A DNA stretch of 64,000 nucleotides, taken from Minutocellus sp. GHC0000111. Taxonomy: Eukaryota. Positions 36,063 through 47,430 of this stretch are shown here, in pieces; position 1 is the stretch's first letter; each line of letters begins with the position of its first letter. The stretch covers positions 2,852,001 to 2,916,000 of the forward strand of contig OZ361260.1 in the NCBI GenBank assembly GCA_977018835.1, written 5' to 3'. The notes under the pieces were generated by a model that was not told the origin of the DNA, ran no database searches, and saw nothing but the letters and a program-made list of their open reading frames with translations. The position numbers and the translations under genes are program-made.

Positions 36063-37764
36063 ATGTCCACCACCGAACAAGATGCCGCCGCCGCTGCTGC
36101 TGCCGTCAAAGAAGAAGGCGACGATGACAACGTCGAGGCCGAGCTCTTTGTGGAGGAGGAGGACGACGACGATGATGACGGACCCGCCACTTCCGCACCA
36201 GTCGACTCCAACGTCAAGGCCGACGATGCTCCATCATCGTTCTCTATCCCCAAGAAGGAATCATCGTCCGGCGGAGGCGGAGAGCAGGGTACCCCCACCG
36301 GAACAGGAGCGGACCAACCGACCCGGCGACGGTGCTGGTGCCATGGGAGAGATGACCGCGGCCGTCAAGGGCCCCATCCAAACCAAGCTGTTCGATACCG
36401 GCTTCTGCACCGAGATCGACCTCGACGAGAAGCTAACGTCCAAGCTCAAGCAGCTCCCGGAGAGAGAGGCCATGGCGGCCATCGAGGAGATATCCCGCTG
36501 CGACCGATCGTCGATCCGGAACTTTCCGTCGTATTTCATGGGCATCCTCCATCGATACATGAGGGGAGAGAGGGACAATGCTCTCGGCGGCTCAGGAGGT
36601 GCAGCCAGGGGTGGCGCTGACGGACCCCACTACGGTGGGCGCCGTCCTCCTCATCACCATGACAATCACCATCGGGGCGGTGGTCCTCCCCCCTCTCATC
36701 ATCGGGGACCTGATCGATATGGAGGAGGCAGGGACGACCGGGATAGGCATTACGGCCGTGGCTTCGACGATCGTGGTCGCGACAGATCTTCATACGGCGA
36801 TCGTCGAGGAGGACGATACGACCGTGACAGAAGCCCCGAGTACGACCGTCGCCGAGATGATCATCACAGAGACCGTGGCAGAGAGAGAGACCGGTACGGC
36901 GACAGGAGGGACCGCGACCGCAGTCCTGATGGCTACTATGGTGGCGGTAGGAGCCGCCGCCGCTACAGCTCTCGGAGTCGGTCCAGATCTCGTTCGCCTA
37001 GTGATAGCCGCAGCCCCTACGGCCGCGAACGCAAGTACAGTCGAGACGAGGGTAGCAATGCTGCTAGGCGCGAGTCTCGCTGGGGATCTAGTAGCAGCAG
37101 TGCTGCTCTGCCTGGTGCATCTCCGATTTCTCAGCCAGGACTCTCACAGTACGGCCCTTCGGGGGGTACGTCATCTTGGGGCACCTCCCCACCTCAGAGG
37201 CAGCAACCTGTGGGAACGCGAGTCTTTGCTCCTGCCCCGGCCCCAGTAGCACCGCCCACCTCTACCGGCTACTACGGTCAGCAGCCGCCAGTTGTATGGC
37301 CCCTTCGATGGCGGCTCCTACTATGGGAGCCTATGGACCTGCTGCTACGGCTGTTCCTACCGGTGCTGCACCCTATGGACAAATCCCAGGAGTCCCACCC
37401 CCAGCACCTGCTACTGCCCCATCCATTCCAGGCGTGGATCTTGCCAGTCTCGCATCTCAGGCCCAGCAGGCTCTATCGACGATCCAGGGACTCCCTGTCC
37501 CTGCTGCTGCTGGCTGCTGCTGATACGGCGGTTGCAGACTTGCCTCTCATGGTACAGTACTCCTTGACGAATCTGAAAACAACAGGCCATATCGACCCGG
37601 CTGGACTCGACCCCGGAGTCTGCCGTATGCTCAAAAATGTTCCAGAACACATTGCTCTCTCGGCATTGGAAAAGTTTCAAAGCTGCGATACCAGCCTAAT
37701 GAGGAACAAGAACTCGTATATGGCAGGAATCATCAAAAGGAAGCGGGTTGAGTCTGGGTACTGA
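36063..37764 (+). CDS. RS/RD-rich RNA-processing protein with two hnRNP-Q acidic-domain-like modules
   Basis: LKQLPEREAMAAIEE...IRNFPSYFMGIL and LKNVPEHIALSALEKF...MRNKNSYMAGII, plus SRSRSRSRSP. Frameshifts near 36322, 37290 and 37510. Confidence 0.65.
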
Positions 37765-38062
37765 GAGCGCCCACTAACGATGATGGAAATACGACACTCT
37801 AGCTAGACTCTTTAGACTAGCTAGCTACGTAGCTAGTAGATCTAACGGTAACTGCAGTTGCCGGTACTGGTAGCACTTCTAAGCGCTACGATCGTGTTCC
37901 AATTGAAGATTGGAATGTATTCAAGAACTCTAATGAAGCACTTTAGCAAATCTAGTTCTAGAGCATTTTATCAACTGCGTAGCTGGCTAGCCAATTCTAT
38001 AAGGAAAATTGTGGGTACAGAGGGCTTTCTGTCTCGAATCAGTCTTGAATGAATCTCTATGT

Positions 38063-40629
38063 CTACAGGCAATTCTCAAGTACAACATTCTTCATGACCT
38101 TGTAGGGAGCCGTTCTACCGGTCCACAGTTGGAACTGCCCAACCCCCTGCTCCCACAGCATCTCTGAACCTCTTACAACGCCAAGGTTGGCGTCTTCCGC
38201 CTGTCGAAGAAGATTTGTTGTGTACGGCTTGTAGTTCACGTCAAATACGACCGGCTTGGTTGCAGCTTCCGACGTCGTCGCTTGTTCAATTATCCACTGA
38301 GGAAGCTCAAATTCGGCAGCGGCTGGCAATGTGCTTATTACCGCTGTAATGTCGGCGTTCATTTCTTCGAGGACGTTTCCGAGGCTTCCTTCAGAGAGAT
38401 CTGATACGACGATCCCACCAAACTTGTCGACAATACCAGTCAGCTTATCGGGCGTTCTATTCCAATAAATCAGTTCCAATCCAAGCTTGGTAGCAGCATA
38501 TGCGGCGGCGCGAGCTGTGCCACCGGCGCCGAGGATCAAGGCAGCACCTCGTCTCTCGCCATTGCCATCACTGTTGGCACATCCACGACGGCTCAAAGGG
38601 TTGTAAATGCCCCTCCAATCCGTATTGTCGCCCACCAAAACACGACGCATAGAGCCATCAAAGTCCTTCTCTTGACGCACAGTCACCGTATTTACGGCGC
38701 CAATATCCTCAGCGGCCTGCTCGAGCCTATCAACGTGCGTCATAATGCTCTGTTTGTGGGGGATGGTAACAGAGCATCCTCCAAAACTCGGATCATTCCA
38801 TTCATCGCCGGCAATGAACTCCTCGACGGTCTCGTAATCAGCACGACAATACTCGTGAGGCAGCTGCGTCGCCTTGAAGGCTGCATTGTGCATTTGAGGG
38901 GACACGGAATAGTCAATGTTGTGGCCCAAAATAGCAAACTTACGAGCCTCGAGAAGGTCAAAGCGCAGTTTATCTTCCATAATTTGCTTGGCAGTCAGTT
39001 GTCCAGGCGCGGCCACGAAGGGGAGAGATTCATGGGTAACAGGAGTAAAGCGCTCGTTTATGATGCGAGAATACTGGCCGATTTCGCCGAGGATAAGAGA
39101 AATGTTAGGGACGACTGGCTCTCCTTCTGCCCTACACAGGTTCTGAGCGATCTTTCCAGCGTCATCAGCCATGGTGTCGTTGTCTTCGTTTTCAATGGAT
39201 AGGACGACCTTGGCACCATGCGAACGGCCGCCGAGATGGCACTGTCTAAAGTAGCCAATTGCCTCTTCCATGCTGACCTCCTCCGGCACTTTGTGGTGAC
39301 TTCCAAGGATCTGGGTGGCATACCTTTCCTCCGCAAGAGATAATATTTCATCGGTCTTGATGGGGTCCCAAGCTGATTCGACGTCGAGAACTTCGACGCC
39401 CGAACGCAATCCCAACTCCAGCAGGTCAAACATTCGTCTAATGCCATCGGCATCATCCGGCCATGTGCCAGCCTGGTGAGCCGTCCTTACAGTATAGACA
39501 ACGGGAAGCACATCATCGATGACGGTGCCGTCTGTCGCCGCAAGGCCGGGGGCTCGGATTGCATGTTGACGGCAACTCCGTCGCAGCCACTGCAAACTGC
39601 GCAGAAGTTCGAAGCGATCGTCACGGCACTCCAACAGATCTGCGCGGAATTCCATGGCATCGACGTCTTCGCACATTGCCGGTAAGTAAGGCTCGACCGA
39701 TTCAATCTGCGGGAAGGACAGAGACAAGAAAGACGTGTGCTTGCCCATTGTCGCCTCGGCTGTGTTGGGTGTCAGAATGTCCCGATCACCGGGGGTCGCC
39801 GGTGAAAGGGTGGCTCGGGCCACCAACCGTCGCAGATCCCACTCGATTTCTGCCCACGGGTTCATTTTGACGTTCTCAGGAGTGCTGCACCCCTCATCGG
39901 TTACGATAAGCTCGTATCAGTATTGGGGAGGAAGACGGTGGATTCTAGCTGCGATTTGAGCAAAACATCTTCTTCACTCATTTGCGATTTGGCAGGATGC
40001 ACATTGACGCAGATGGAGAGAAGGCCGCTGTCAGCGTAAAGGGATTTGGCAGCATCGATCAGGTATGTTGTGGTTTCAGCAGACGATGCGGCAAAGTCCA
40101 CAACAATGACGTGCGACCGATCCAACTCGCCTCGATCAATCTTGGCTTGAATGCTAGTCAGATCCGATGGAGTGGAAATGGTGATTTGGTTGCCAGTGCT
40201 GCTACTAACAGTAGTACCGGTACCAGCACCAGTGACAGATTTCGATAGAGAATTGGCCAACCGTGCAATTTCATCGTTCCCACCGGAAGACCCCAGCAAA
40301 ACGATGGGCTTGTCGTACACATCCGCGTGGAATTTACCCCTCTGCTTGCTAGATCCGCGCTTTTTGGTGCTGATCTCGGCGTCGACGGCAATATCTGCAT
40401 CGAGAACTGACGACGACTCCTCCATGCTGACAACACTATTAGTACTGCTCAACAAAGTTTGCGAAGATGAGGTTGTGGCATGTCTGCATGTGTGGCCAGC
40501 AACGTTGGTGCCTGAATGTGCCACAAATGAGTGAGCCGTTTGAAGTGACCACGTTGAAAAGACGAGAGTAGCCAGGGCAAGAGCAGCGCTGTTGGTGGTT
40601 GTCAATGCCGGCATTCTTTGGGAAAGCAT
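38063..40629 (-). CDS. Plastid-targeted AROM-like fusion: degenerate shikimate-kinase-like segment, type I 3-dehydroquinate dehydratase and shikimate dehydrogenase
   Basis: Presequence ending [88 protein letters not shown]. 1-nt deletion near 39916. Confidence 0.88.
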
Positions 40630-41036
40630 ATTGTAATGTTTTTTGGTTTTGCAATTGCACCGAGAAATTTTTTTCCATGCGTTGTACGAAATCGAAAAAA
40701 AGAGTCGATCGAATCGATGGACAGGATTAATGGAGTATGTGACCTGAAGGAACAGACGGCGCAGAGAACGAATTGACTGTCGAGATTTGTATGCCGCTAG
40801 AGGAGAGTGTGAGCTTGCAAACGAAGGCAATGATGACTGGCAACGAGCTCAGCGTCAGCTCACGCCGGGCGCAGAAATGGTTGTCACCGAGCACATCTCT
40901 TGCGACGACGGGCAGACTCCTCAGTCGAGTCGAGTAAATCACAACATTCTGTTCCCACACGTCGTTTGGGTCTCGTTCTTCCGGTGTGGTGTTCGTCCCG
41001 CTAAGTACAGCTTAAATCTATCTATCATAATGAAAA

Positions 41037-42200
41037 GTTAGAACCAAATTCGATTGAATAGGTAGCCTCATTTGCATCAGTAAGAACAAATATCAATAAC
41101 ATAAAACGAAAAATCGCAATTGTAAACATTGTAGGGTGAGATTGAGTGAGGGTGAGGTGAGGGTCAGTGCTTGTAGGTCTGTTCGAGGTCACGGTCTCTC
41201 CAAGTGTTGGGATTGTTGGCCGGTACGAAGCCTTCGAAGGTAGCTGCCAGATTAAGTCTGGCTGATTGGCTCCTGGTAGTTCTTCTTGGCACGGGCACTT
41301 CTGTGTCTTCTTCGACGGATGCCATTGCTGCAGCTGCTGTAGCATTAGTCGCATCGTTTGATGCCTCGACACATCGACGGCACACACAATGCTTCCGTCT
41401 TGGATGGCGACCCTTCTACTCGATTGCCAACGTGGATGGTAAGGCCAAATTTGCGAAAGTGACGAACGATCAGCGTTGCTGCTTTCACAGCGTCCTCTCG
41501 ATTCATCAAGATGAAGGCGGCGTCATCGACGTAGTGCGAGAGGAAAAACGAGAAGACATCCTGCTTCGCACCGATCAATGCTGAGTGGCCGTGGTGCTTT
41601 TCTTGCTTCGCCTCGTGGCTGAAATAACTAGACAGCCAGGGGACATCAATGTCGGCCTCCTTCCACTCCGGCTCGATTGATTCGGCGACGGCGTTGAAAA
41701 AGAAAATGAAGAGTGCTGGTGCTAAGTTGTCGCCCTGTTTCACTCCGACGGTGGATGGCATGCTGAATCCTTTCCCAAATCCCTTCAGCTGCACAGTGAT
41801 GTCAGTGTAGAGCTTACGGAGGACGAAGATGAGCTCCTCGGGACAGCCGTACCTCGCCATGATCTTCCACAGTAACTCACGGTCAACGGCATCGCAGGCC
41901 TTGACCAAATCGGCAAAAATAACGCAGGAATCAGCGCCGTGTTGAGACAGAGTGTGGAGGGCTTGTTTGACGTTGTAGGTACCGTCGACACAGCCTTTTC
42001 CAAACACACCGCCGCATTGCTCATCCAATCCAACGTCGATGAAATGACTACCAAGTCGAGTGGCGATGACTGAGCTGACGAGCTTGGACGCTGCCGACAG
42101 CAGCGACATCCCTCTCCGATGTCTCCGCTTTCTTCATTGTCGTTGTGTTTCATTGTTCTTCTCTTCAGGCCGGTCCTAGAAGAGAAGCAACCTTCTGCGA
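41037..42200 (-). mobile_element. Degenerate, internally deleted non-LTR (LINE) retrotransposon; may extend to ~42880
   Basis: RT motifs RGMSLL..ASK, EQCG...GKGC.D, FADLVKA.D.VDRELLW, GVKQGDNLAP.LF, YVDD, KTEAL, then an abrupt jump to a short C-terminal piece and T-rich 3' tail. Confidence 0.85.
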
Positions 42201-42937
42201 TCTGTGCTTCCTGCATGCACGGAGCTTGCCGAAGTCAACGCCACCGCCGGGGAGGAGGAAGCAATGAAGGAAGAAGGAAGTCGGCGCCTCAACCACGAAT
42301 GCGGCTTGGTCGGACCGCACACCTGGTGTTGTTGGACTCAAAGACTTGATGGAAGGAGGCGGCGGCATTTAGATCATGGGCCAACAAGATGCCGACGAAG
42401 GGCCGCCCTTGAGGAGCGCAGGCCGCGATGAGGCCGATGCTGGACGACGAGCGATGTGCTGCGAGCGAGAACATCGCAACAACTCGCACACGCCGCAGCC
42501 GCCGCCGCCGGCGGCGGGGCCGACTCTCGGCCGGCTAATTCAAATTCTGGCGCGCAAAGCTCATGTTCGTCCTCGTTTTGGGCCCTGCCGGGCCACACGG
42601 CGCCGCGAGAACGAGATTGGGTTTCGTTTTCGTGTTGGGAAACGGCAAGGCCCGACAATGCGAAAAATGTTGTCTGCGAAAAATGGTCCCGTTTTCGTTT
42701 TCGTTTTCGCCCACGGTAAGGACCGGCCTCATGACGCGCCATTTTCTTTGTGTGGCAAGAAAAGACAAAAAGAGCCTCTATCAGAAAGCAGAAAGGGGCC
42801 GGCCTTCTGCAGGACAAGTGACAGTGACTCTGTGTGGAATCAGCACAGGGGCGGTGCAAACACACACAAAGTTGCGGCAACGCGCCCAAGAACTTATCTT
42901 ATCCCGCAGAGCCAACCCACACATTCATTATTCCGCC

Positions 42938-44302
42938 ATGATGTGCATCATCAACGACGTACCCCGCCGTCCCCTCAGTACCAGCGTCAACATGAACGGC
43001 AAGAGAAGAATCGGCGCTCTAAGCTCCATGCAGGGCGGTCTGTTTGCCGAGGCATCGGCGTCGTCCAAGTCCTCCTCCTCGACGTCTTCTTCTTCTTCGT
43101 ACCTGTCCCGACTTTTGCAATCTCGGACATCTTCGGGAACTTTGGCCGGCCGCATCAATACCACTCCTTCTGCTACCACAGGTACCACCATTACCAGTTC
43201 AATCAACCCAAACCACGACAATGGCAACGGAAGGATCATATCGACGTGGGATCGCCGTCCCAAGCCGCCGGCGTCCCTTCTCGGCTCGTCTCTTCGCGAC
43301 GGACTGTTGGCCGCATTCGAACAACGTTACGGAGAAAATCGCCCCGCTGCTGCTGCTGCCGGACAAACAAGAAGGATAATTCAAAAGCGCCCCCGCAAAC
43401 CGACCGATGCGTACCAGTACTTCTTCCGAGAGCAGTGCCGAGAAATCTCCAAGCTCGAAAGCAGCAGCGGCGGCAGTGCCGCTGATGGCGATGATGACAC
43501 ATACGGCATGACGGGCAGCGGCAGCAACAAGCGACACAGATCGCCCACCGGAGAGGCCATCCACCTTAGCGTCGACATCGGAAAGATTGTTGCCAAGAAA
43601 TGGAGGGAGCTCTCTTCTGATCAACCGAAGAGGTACGAAGACATGGCCGATGAAGATGCTGAGCGCTATCGCAAGGAGGTGGAGGAGTACTACATGCAGC
43701 CCGATGCGGCAGCAGCCGGCATGCCACGGGCTACTAGTACCACCGGCAGACTCGCCGCCATCATGGCTGCATCGTCGTCGGCGACTCGTGCAGCATCGAA
43801 CCATCTTCTCACTGGCAACAGCGGCAGTGGATATGGTACCAGCACCGCCCTCACCGCCGTCAACAATGCCCTGTCGACGACCACCAGCGCCAGCACCAGC
43901 AGCACCTCCCTCGCCACTACCAACAAGACGTCCCTCCAATCCCTCCTCCACGAGCGCCGGACGCAGCTCCTCGATGACCTGTCCAGCCTCAACCAGATCA
44001 CGTCCTCCCGCCTAGCGGCCGGCCGCCCCGCCCTCTCGGCTCCCGTCGATCCTGCCGTCCGGCAGCGGCTGTACCACCTGAGCGTTGGGCCTGGCTCCAG
44101 CGGCTCCGGCAATGCGGCCATCGGTCCCAGTCCGTGGGGCAAGGCCGTCCGATCGTCCAACACCGCCGCCTCGTCGAACCTGGCAGCCATGCCCGCCGCC
44201 AAGAAGACCCAACTGTCTGCCAATACTTCGACCCCATCGCTCAAAACCCCGTCCTCGCCGCCTGCGGTGTCCGATGGACCTACCATTGAGATTCTGAATT
44301 AA
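42938..44302 (+). CDS. HMG-box protein
   Basis: PRKPTDAYQYFFREQ...(insert)...IGKIVAKKWRELS....RYEDMA.EDAERYRKEVEEY; the insert-split box is typical of diatom HMG proteins. Confidence 0.85.
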   Translation: MMCIINDVPRRPLSTSVNMNGKRRIGALSSMQGGLFAEASASSKSSSSTSSSSSYLSRLLQSRTSSGTLAGRINTTPSATTGTTITSSINPNHDNGNGRIISTWDRRPKPPASLLGSSLRDGLLAAFEQRYGENRPAAAAAGQTRRIIQKRPRKPTDAYQYFFREQCREISKLESSSGGSAADGDDDTYGMTGSGSNKRHRSPTGEAIHLSVDIGKIVAKKWRELSSDQPKRYEDMADEDAERYRKEVEEYYMQPDAAAAGMPRATSTTGRLAAIMAASSSATRAASNHLLTGNSGSGYGTSTALTAVNNALSTTTSASTSSTSLATTNKTSLQSLLHERRTQLLDDLSSLNQITSSRLAAGRPALSAPVDPAVRQRLYHLSVGPGSSGSGNAAIGPSPWGKAVRSSNTAASSNLAAMPAAKKTQLSANTSTPSLKTPSSPPAVSDGPTIEILN

Positions 44303-44598
44303 TGTCACCTTTGCTACCGGCTAGAAGAAGGCAGAGACCAAGCAAGAGAAAAACTTGCTGCCCAATGTATGAAAACTTCTTATCATCCCGCAATTGCACA
44401 TACCCTGCTGGACGATATGTATAATAGAGACTCTTAAGTTTAGAAATTTTTGACTTGAACCCACGCACACTACATCTAGACTCAAGCTATAGCTTCTACT
44501 ACGTAGTAGGCCTAGACTCTAGCTAGAGTTGGAGGGTATCGCAAAAAGGAACAGGAGGGTATCGCAAAAGAGTGTCTAATCCTTTCGCACAACAGTAT

Positions 44599-44949
44599 CT
44601 AAAGTTGGCAGATCTTGGCGATCCGGACATCGATGATATACGTTATCCGCTCCTCCTCCTCGCGCTGCAAGGCCAGTCTTCTCTGTCGCTCGTACTCTTC
44701 CGCACGGCGCTGCCTCTCGAGCAGGGCCTGCTTATACATGAGTTGTCTTCGTCGTTCCTCCTCCTCTGCAGCAGCTGCTGCTCTGCGGCGTCGTTCAGCC
44801 TCAATGGCTCGCTGCCTCTGGATCTCCCTGGCTCGCTGGTTTTGCTGTCGTTGATAGTAGGAATGAGAGGGATGAAACGGAGAGAATCCATAGTCGTCGT
44901 AGAATCCACCACCACCGCCACCGCCACCGAAGGAGTCAAATAGATTCAT
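44599..44949 (-). CDS. Small G/Y-rich plus charged coiled-coil protein, possibly 3'-truncated
   Basis: ATG in CAATG context, R/E/Q-rich helix, abrupt composition change near 44640. Confidence 0.45.
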   Translation of the reverse strand: MNLFDSFGGGGGGGGFYDDYGFSPFHPSHSYYQRQQNQRAREIQRQRAIEAERRRRAAAAAEEEERRRQLMYKQALLERQRRAEEYERQRRLALQREEEERITYIIDVRIAKICQL

Positions 44950-45173
44950 TGCTGATTGGGATTTTCGTTCGTGCGTTGCTCTTTGGGTTTATTCGTTTGG
45001 TCGTTTGGTCGAAAAGTGAGATGTACTGATTGCAAGAAGATCTCGGCGGAGACGTGCGATAGCGGCGGTTTTGAAGATTTCGAAAGAGAGCGAGGCAGAG
45101 AGCGAAAATCTCGTTCGAATGCTGCGAAAGATGTCTGTCGCCTGTCGTACGTAAAAGCTACGCCGTACGGCTA

Positions 45174-45782
45174 ATGTCACAACCCCGATTAGCGGTAGAC
45201 ATTTTGAGAAAAAAAGAGAAGTCCAAAGCATGCCGCCACATCGATTTGAATCCTTCATTGCTTGAGCACAGTAGCGATTGTGGGACATCTCTCCATTGTT
45301 TCCAGCCCGAGACCACCGCATATTCGAGTACCACCATGACAACGCGTTGTAGCTCCGATGCTGCCAACCCCTCTGTCATCCATACCCAACGACCAGGACA
45401 GAGCTCGGTTCGATTTGCCACCGTGTCGGTTCGACAATTTTCCTACACTCTGGGCGATTCTCCGTCGACGACATGCGGACCACCCACGGCGCTGTCCTGG
45501 TCTTATTCCTGCCCCAAACAACTCAATGGTATATCCATCGACCGATATGAGGCGCTGTGCCATCCACAGGATCAGCCTCGTCGATCTCGTCGAGAGCTGA
45601 AAATGTCTGTCGAACGTCGACGACAAATTCTTTTCGATGTTTGCGACGACAGTGATGATGAAAACGACGATGACGGCACCAACAGTGGCAACAACGAAGA
45701 CAACCACAAGATCACTCCTAAGCTGATTGCCAAGGCCGAGCGTCGCGTCGAGCGCCGTCGCCTACGGCTGGAGAGGAATTGA
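45174..45782 (+). CDS. Diatom-type hypothetical protein
   Basis: Motif VRF..V.VR....TLGD.PS...GPP..LSW...SID.YE...RR....L......R..IL, which I recognise as a recurrent diatom family of unknown function. Confidence 0.65.
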   Translation: MSQPRLAVDILRKKEKSKACRHIDLNPSLLEHSSDCGTSLHCFQPETTAYSSTTMTTRCSSDAANPSVIHTQRPGQSSVRFATVSVRQFSYTLGDSPSTTCGPPTALSWSYSCPKQLNGISIDRYEALCHPQDQPRRSRRELKMSVERRRQILFDVCDDSDDENDDDGTNSGNNEDNHKITPKLIAKAERRVERRRLRLERN

Positions 45783-45794
45783 GCCTACGCCACC

Positions 45795-46199
45795 ATGACA
45801 ACATATTTCCCACGCAGGATCAATACCACAGGACGGTCCGCTAGCTTCCCACCAAACAAACACAGTCAATGCGATGCTATGGTCGAACTCAAAAGTTGTG
45901 GGTCAAAGAAGGAATGCAATATTGATCTTGATCAGCGAAAGAATGCGAGCTGGGACGATCTCCTGTCAACTCTGGACACAACCCCAGCCTACCTCAAGTC
46001 CGCTGAGAGGAAGGCCGAGCTTCTCCGAGTGGAGCTTTGTCTCTCGAAAACTTCGGCGGCCAATTCCTCGACCATTTCCAGCATCTCCCAGCAGCAGCAG
46101 CAGCAGCAGTACGGGGCCAGGGCACTTGTTGTACAGCATGCAGTGACAAAGAATAACCGGGCATCCAAACAGAGATCTTTCAATTCGAGGGCTGCTTAG
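45795..46199 (+). CDS. Hypothetical protein (134 aa)
   Basis: CACCATG start, poly-Q, C-terminal SRAA*. No family recognised. Confidence 0.45.
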   Translation: MTTYFPRRINTTGRSASFPPNKHSQCDAMVELKSCGSKKECNIDLDQRKNASWDDLLSTLDTTPAYLKSAERKAELLRVELCLSKTSAANSSTISSISQQQQQQQYGARALVVQHAVTKNNRASKQRSFNSRAA

Positions 46200-47430
46200 G
46201 CACTCTCATCCACATCCTCGGAGTCCTGCTTATATACACATGCGAGATCTAAGGCACATAGATCTAGAAAATCCTAATAACTAGCTAGCTAGAGCATCAA
46301 TATCGATAATTACACATGCATGCCTTTGATATATTTGATCTACCACGGTATCCACCGGTGGCTTGATATTTTCGAACTTGCTTTGATTGAACTTGCTTTC
46401 TCAGCATGCTCGGCCTTCGCTTCGTTGTTTGAGGATGTCGTCATAATGATGTCAGAGGTTATGAGCACATACTGGCTGGCCGGCTTTCAAAATGCGCCGC
46501 CTGCTTGCTTGCTCGATGCCATGCCCACCTCATCATCATTTTGTTCGACTTCGAGAGGTGAGTGAAGTGATGTGTGTTGATGCCTCCGTGCTCGGCACTG
46601 CCTGCGCCGATTCACCAGCCGATTCTTTCCAGCCCCGCCACACCTTGCGCAGAATGTGGTAGATACTACTTATCGTAGTTAGCATTGGCGGCGACAGGGA
46701 ACAGCCACAGCGGGGGCCGAGTGACGGGCGTCTGGCCGTTGTCCGAATGCCGGGGGAAGAATGCGGCCGTCTGGGTACCGCAGGGCGTGGTGCCAACCAG
46801 TAGGAGCAATCGCAGCGGCTGCATTGGAAGGTGATGCATCAATGCAGTGGAGCTATGAGCATCGGGCTTTCAATTTGTCCTTCCGAGGGTTGCATCACAT
46901 GTTGGAAATTCTGATGGTTGGTCCCGTAAATTCAGTTCGAGCGGCAGATGCCGGCATCTTGCTGGCTGTAGTGCTGAGGAATGCTTCGGCGGCACGGAGT
47001 GCTTTTCGACAGGATGCCTTGCAGCTTATGGTTATGCATAAAGAGATGAGTGCGGACAGGGCATGGAAGCTCCTCGTGGATCGGTACTCATCTTGATGGA
47101 ACTTTTCTATCAGTCTGCTCTGGTCACTGTCCCGGTGCCACGGCGGGGAGATAGCTTCCTGGCCGACCAATTTTGTCATGCTATGCATAGGGATCTCATG
47201 TAATCATTTGTACTTATCTATTTTCCTATTGATCTTCACCATCCGGTCCATCGGTATTGAACGCATTGTGCGCTCAGATTCCAGTAAGTGGGGAAAACGT
47301 AGCACTCTTCAATTAAGTTGAGTCGCTGCTTTGATCTATGTTCTACAAGAGGCCTGAAAGAATACACCCCAGTAACCGAGCAGTTTCAAGGTTCACCGGA
47401 AGTTGTATACATCGCCTCGATTGGCCTATT

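Noticed and set aside
42376..42937. N-terminal extensions of the HMG gene (369-aa and 579-aa ORFs)
   Set aside because: The frames stay open because the region is TA-poor and so lacks stop codons; ATG 42938 has a better context.
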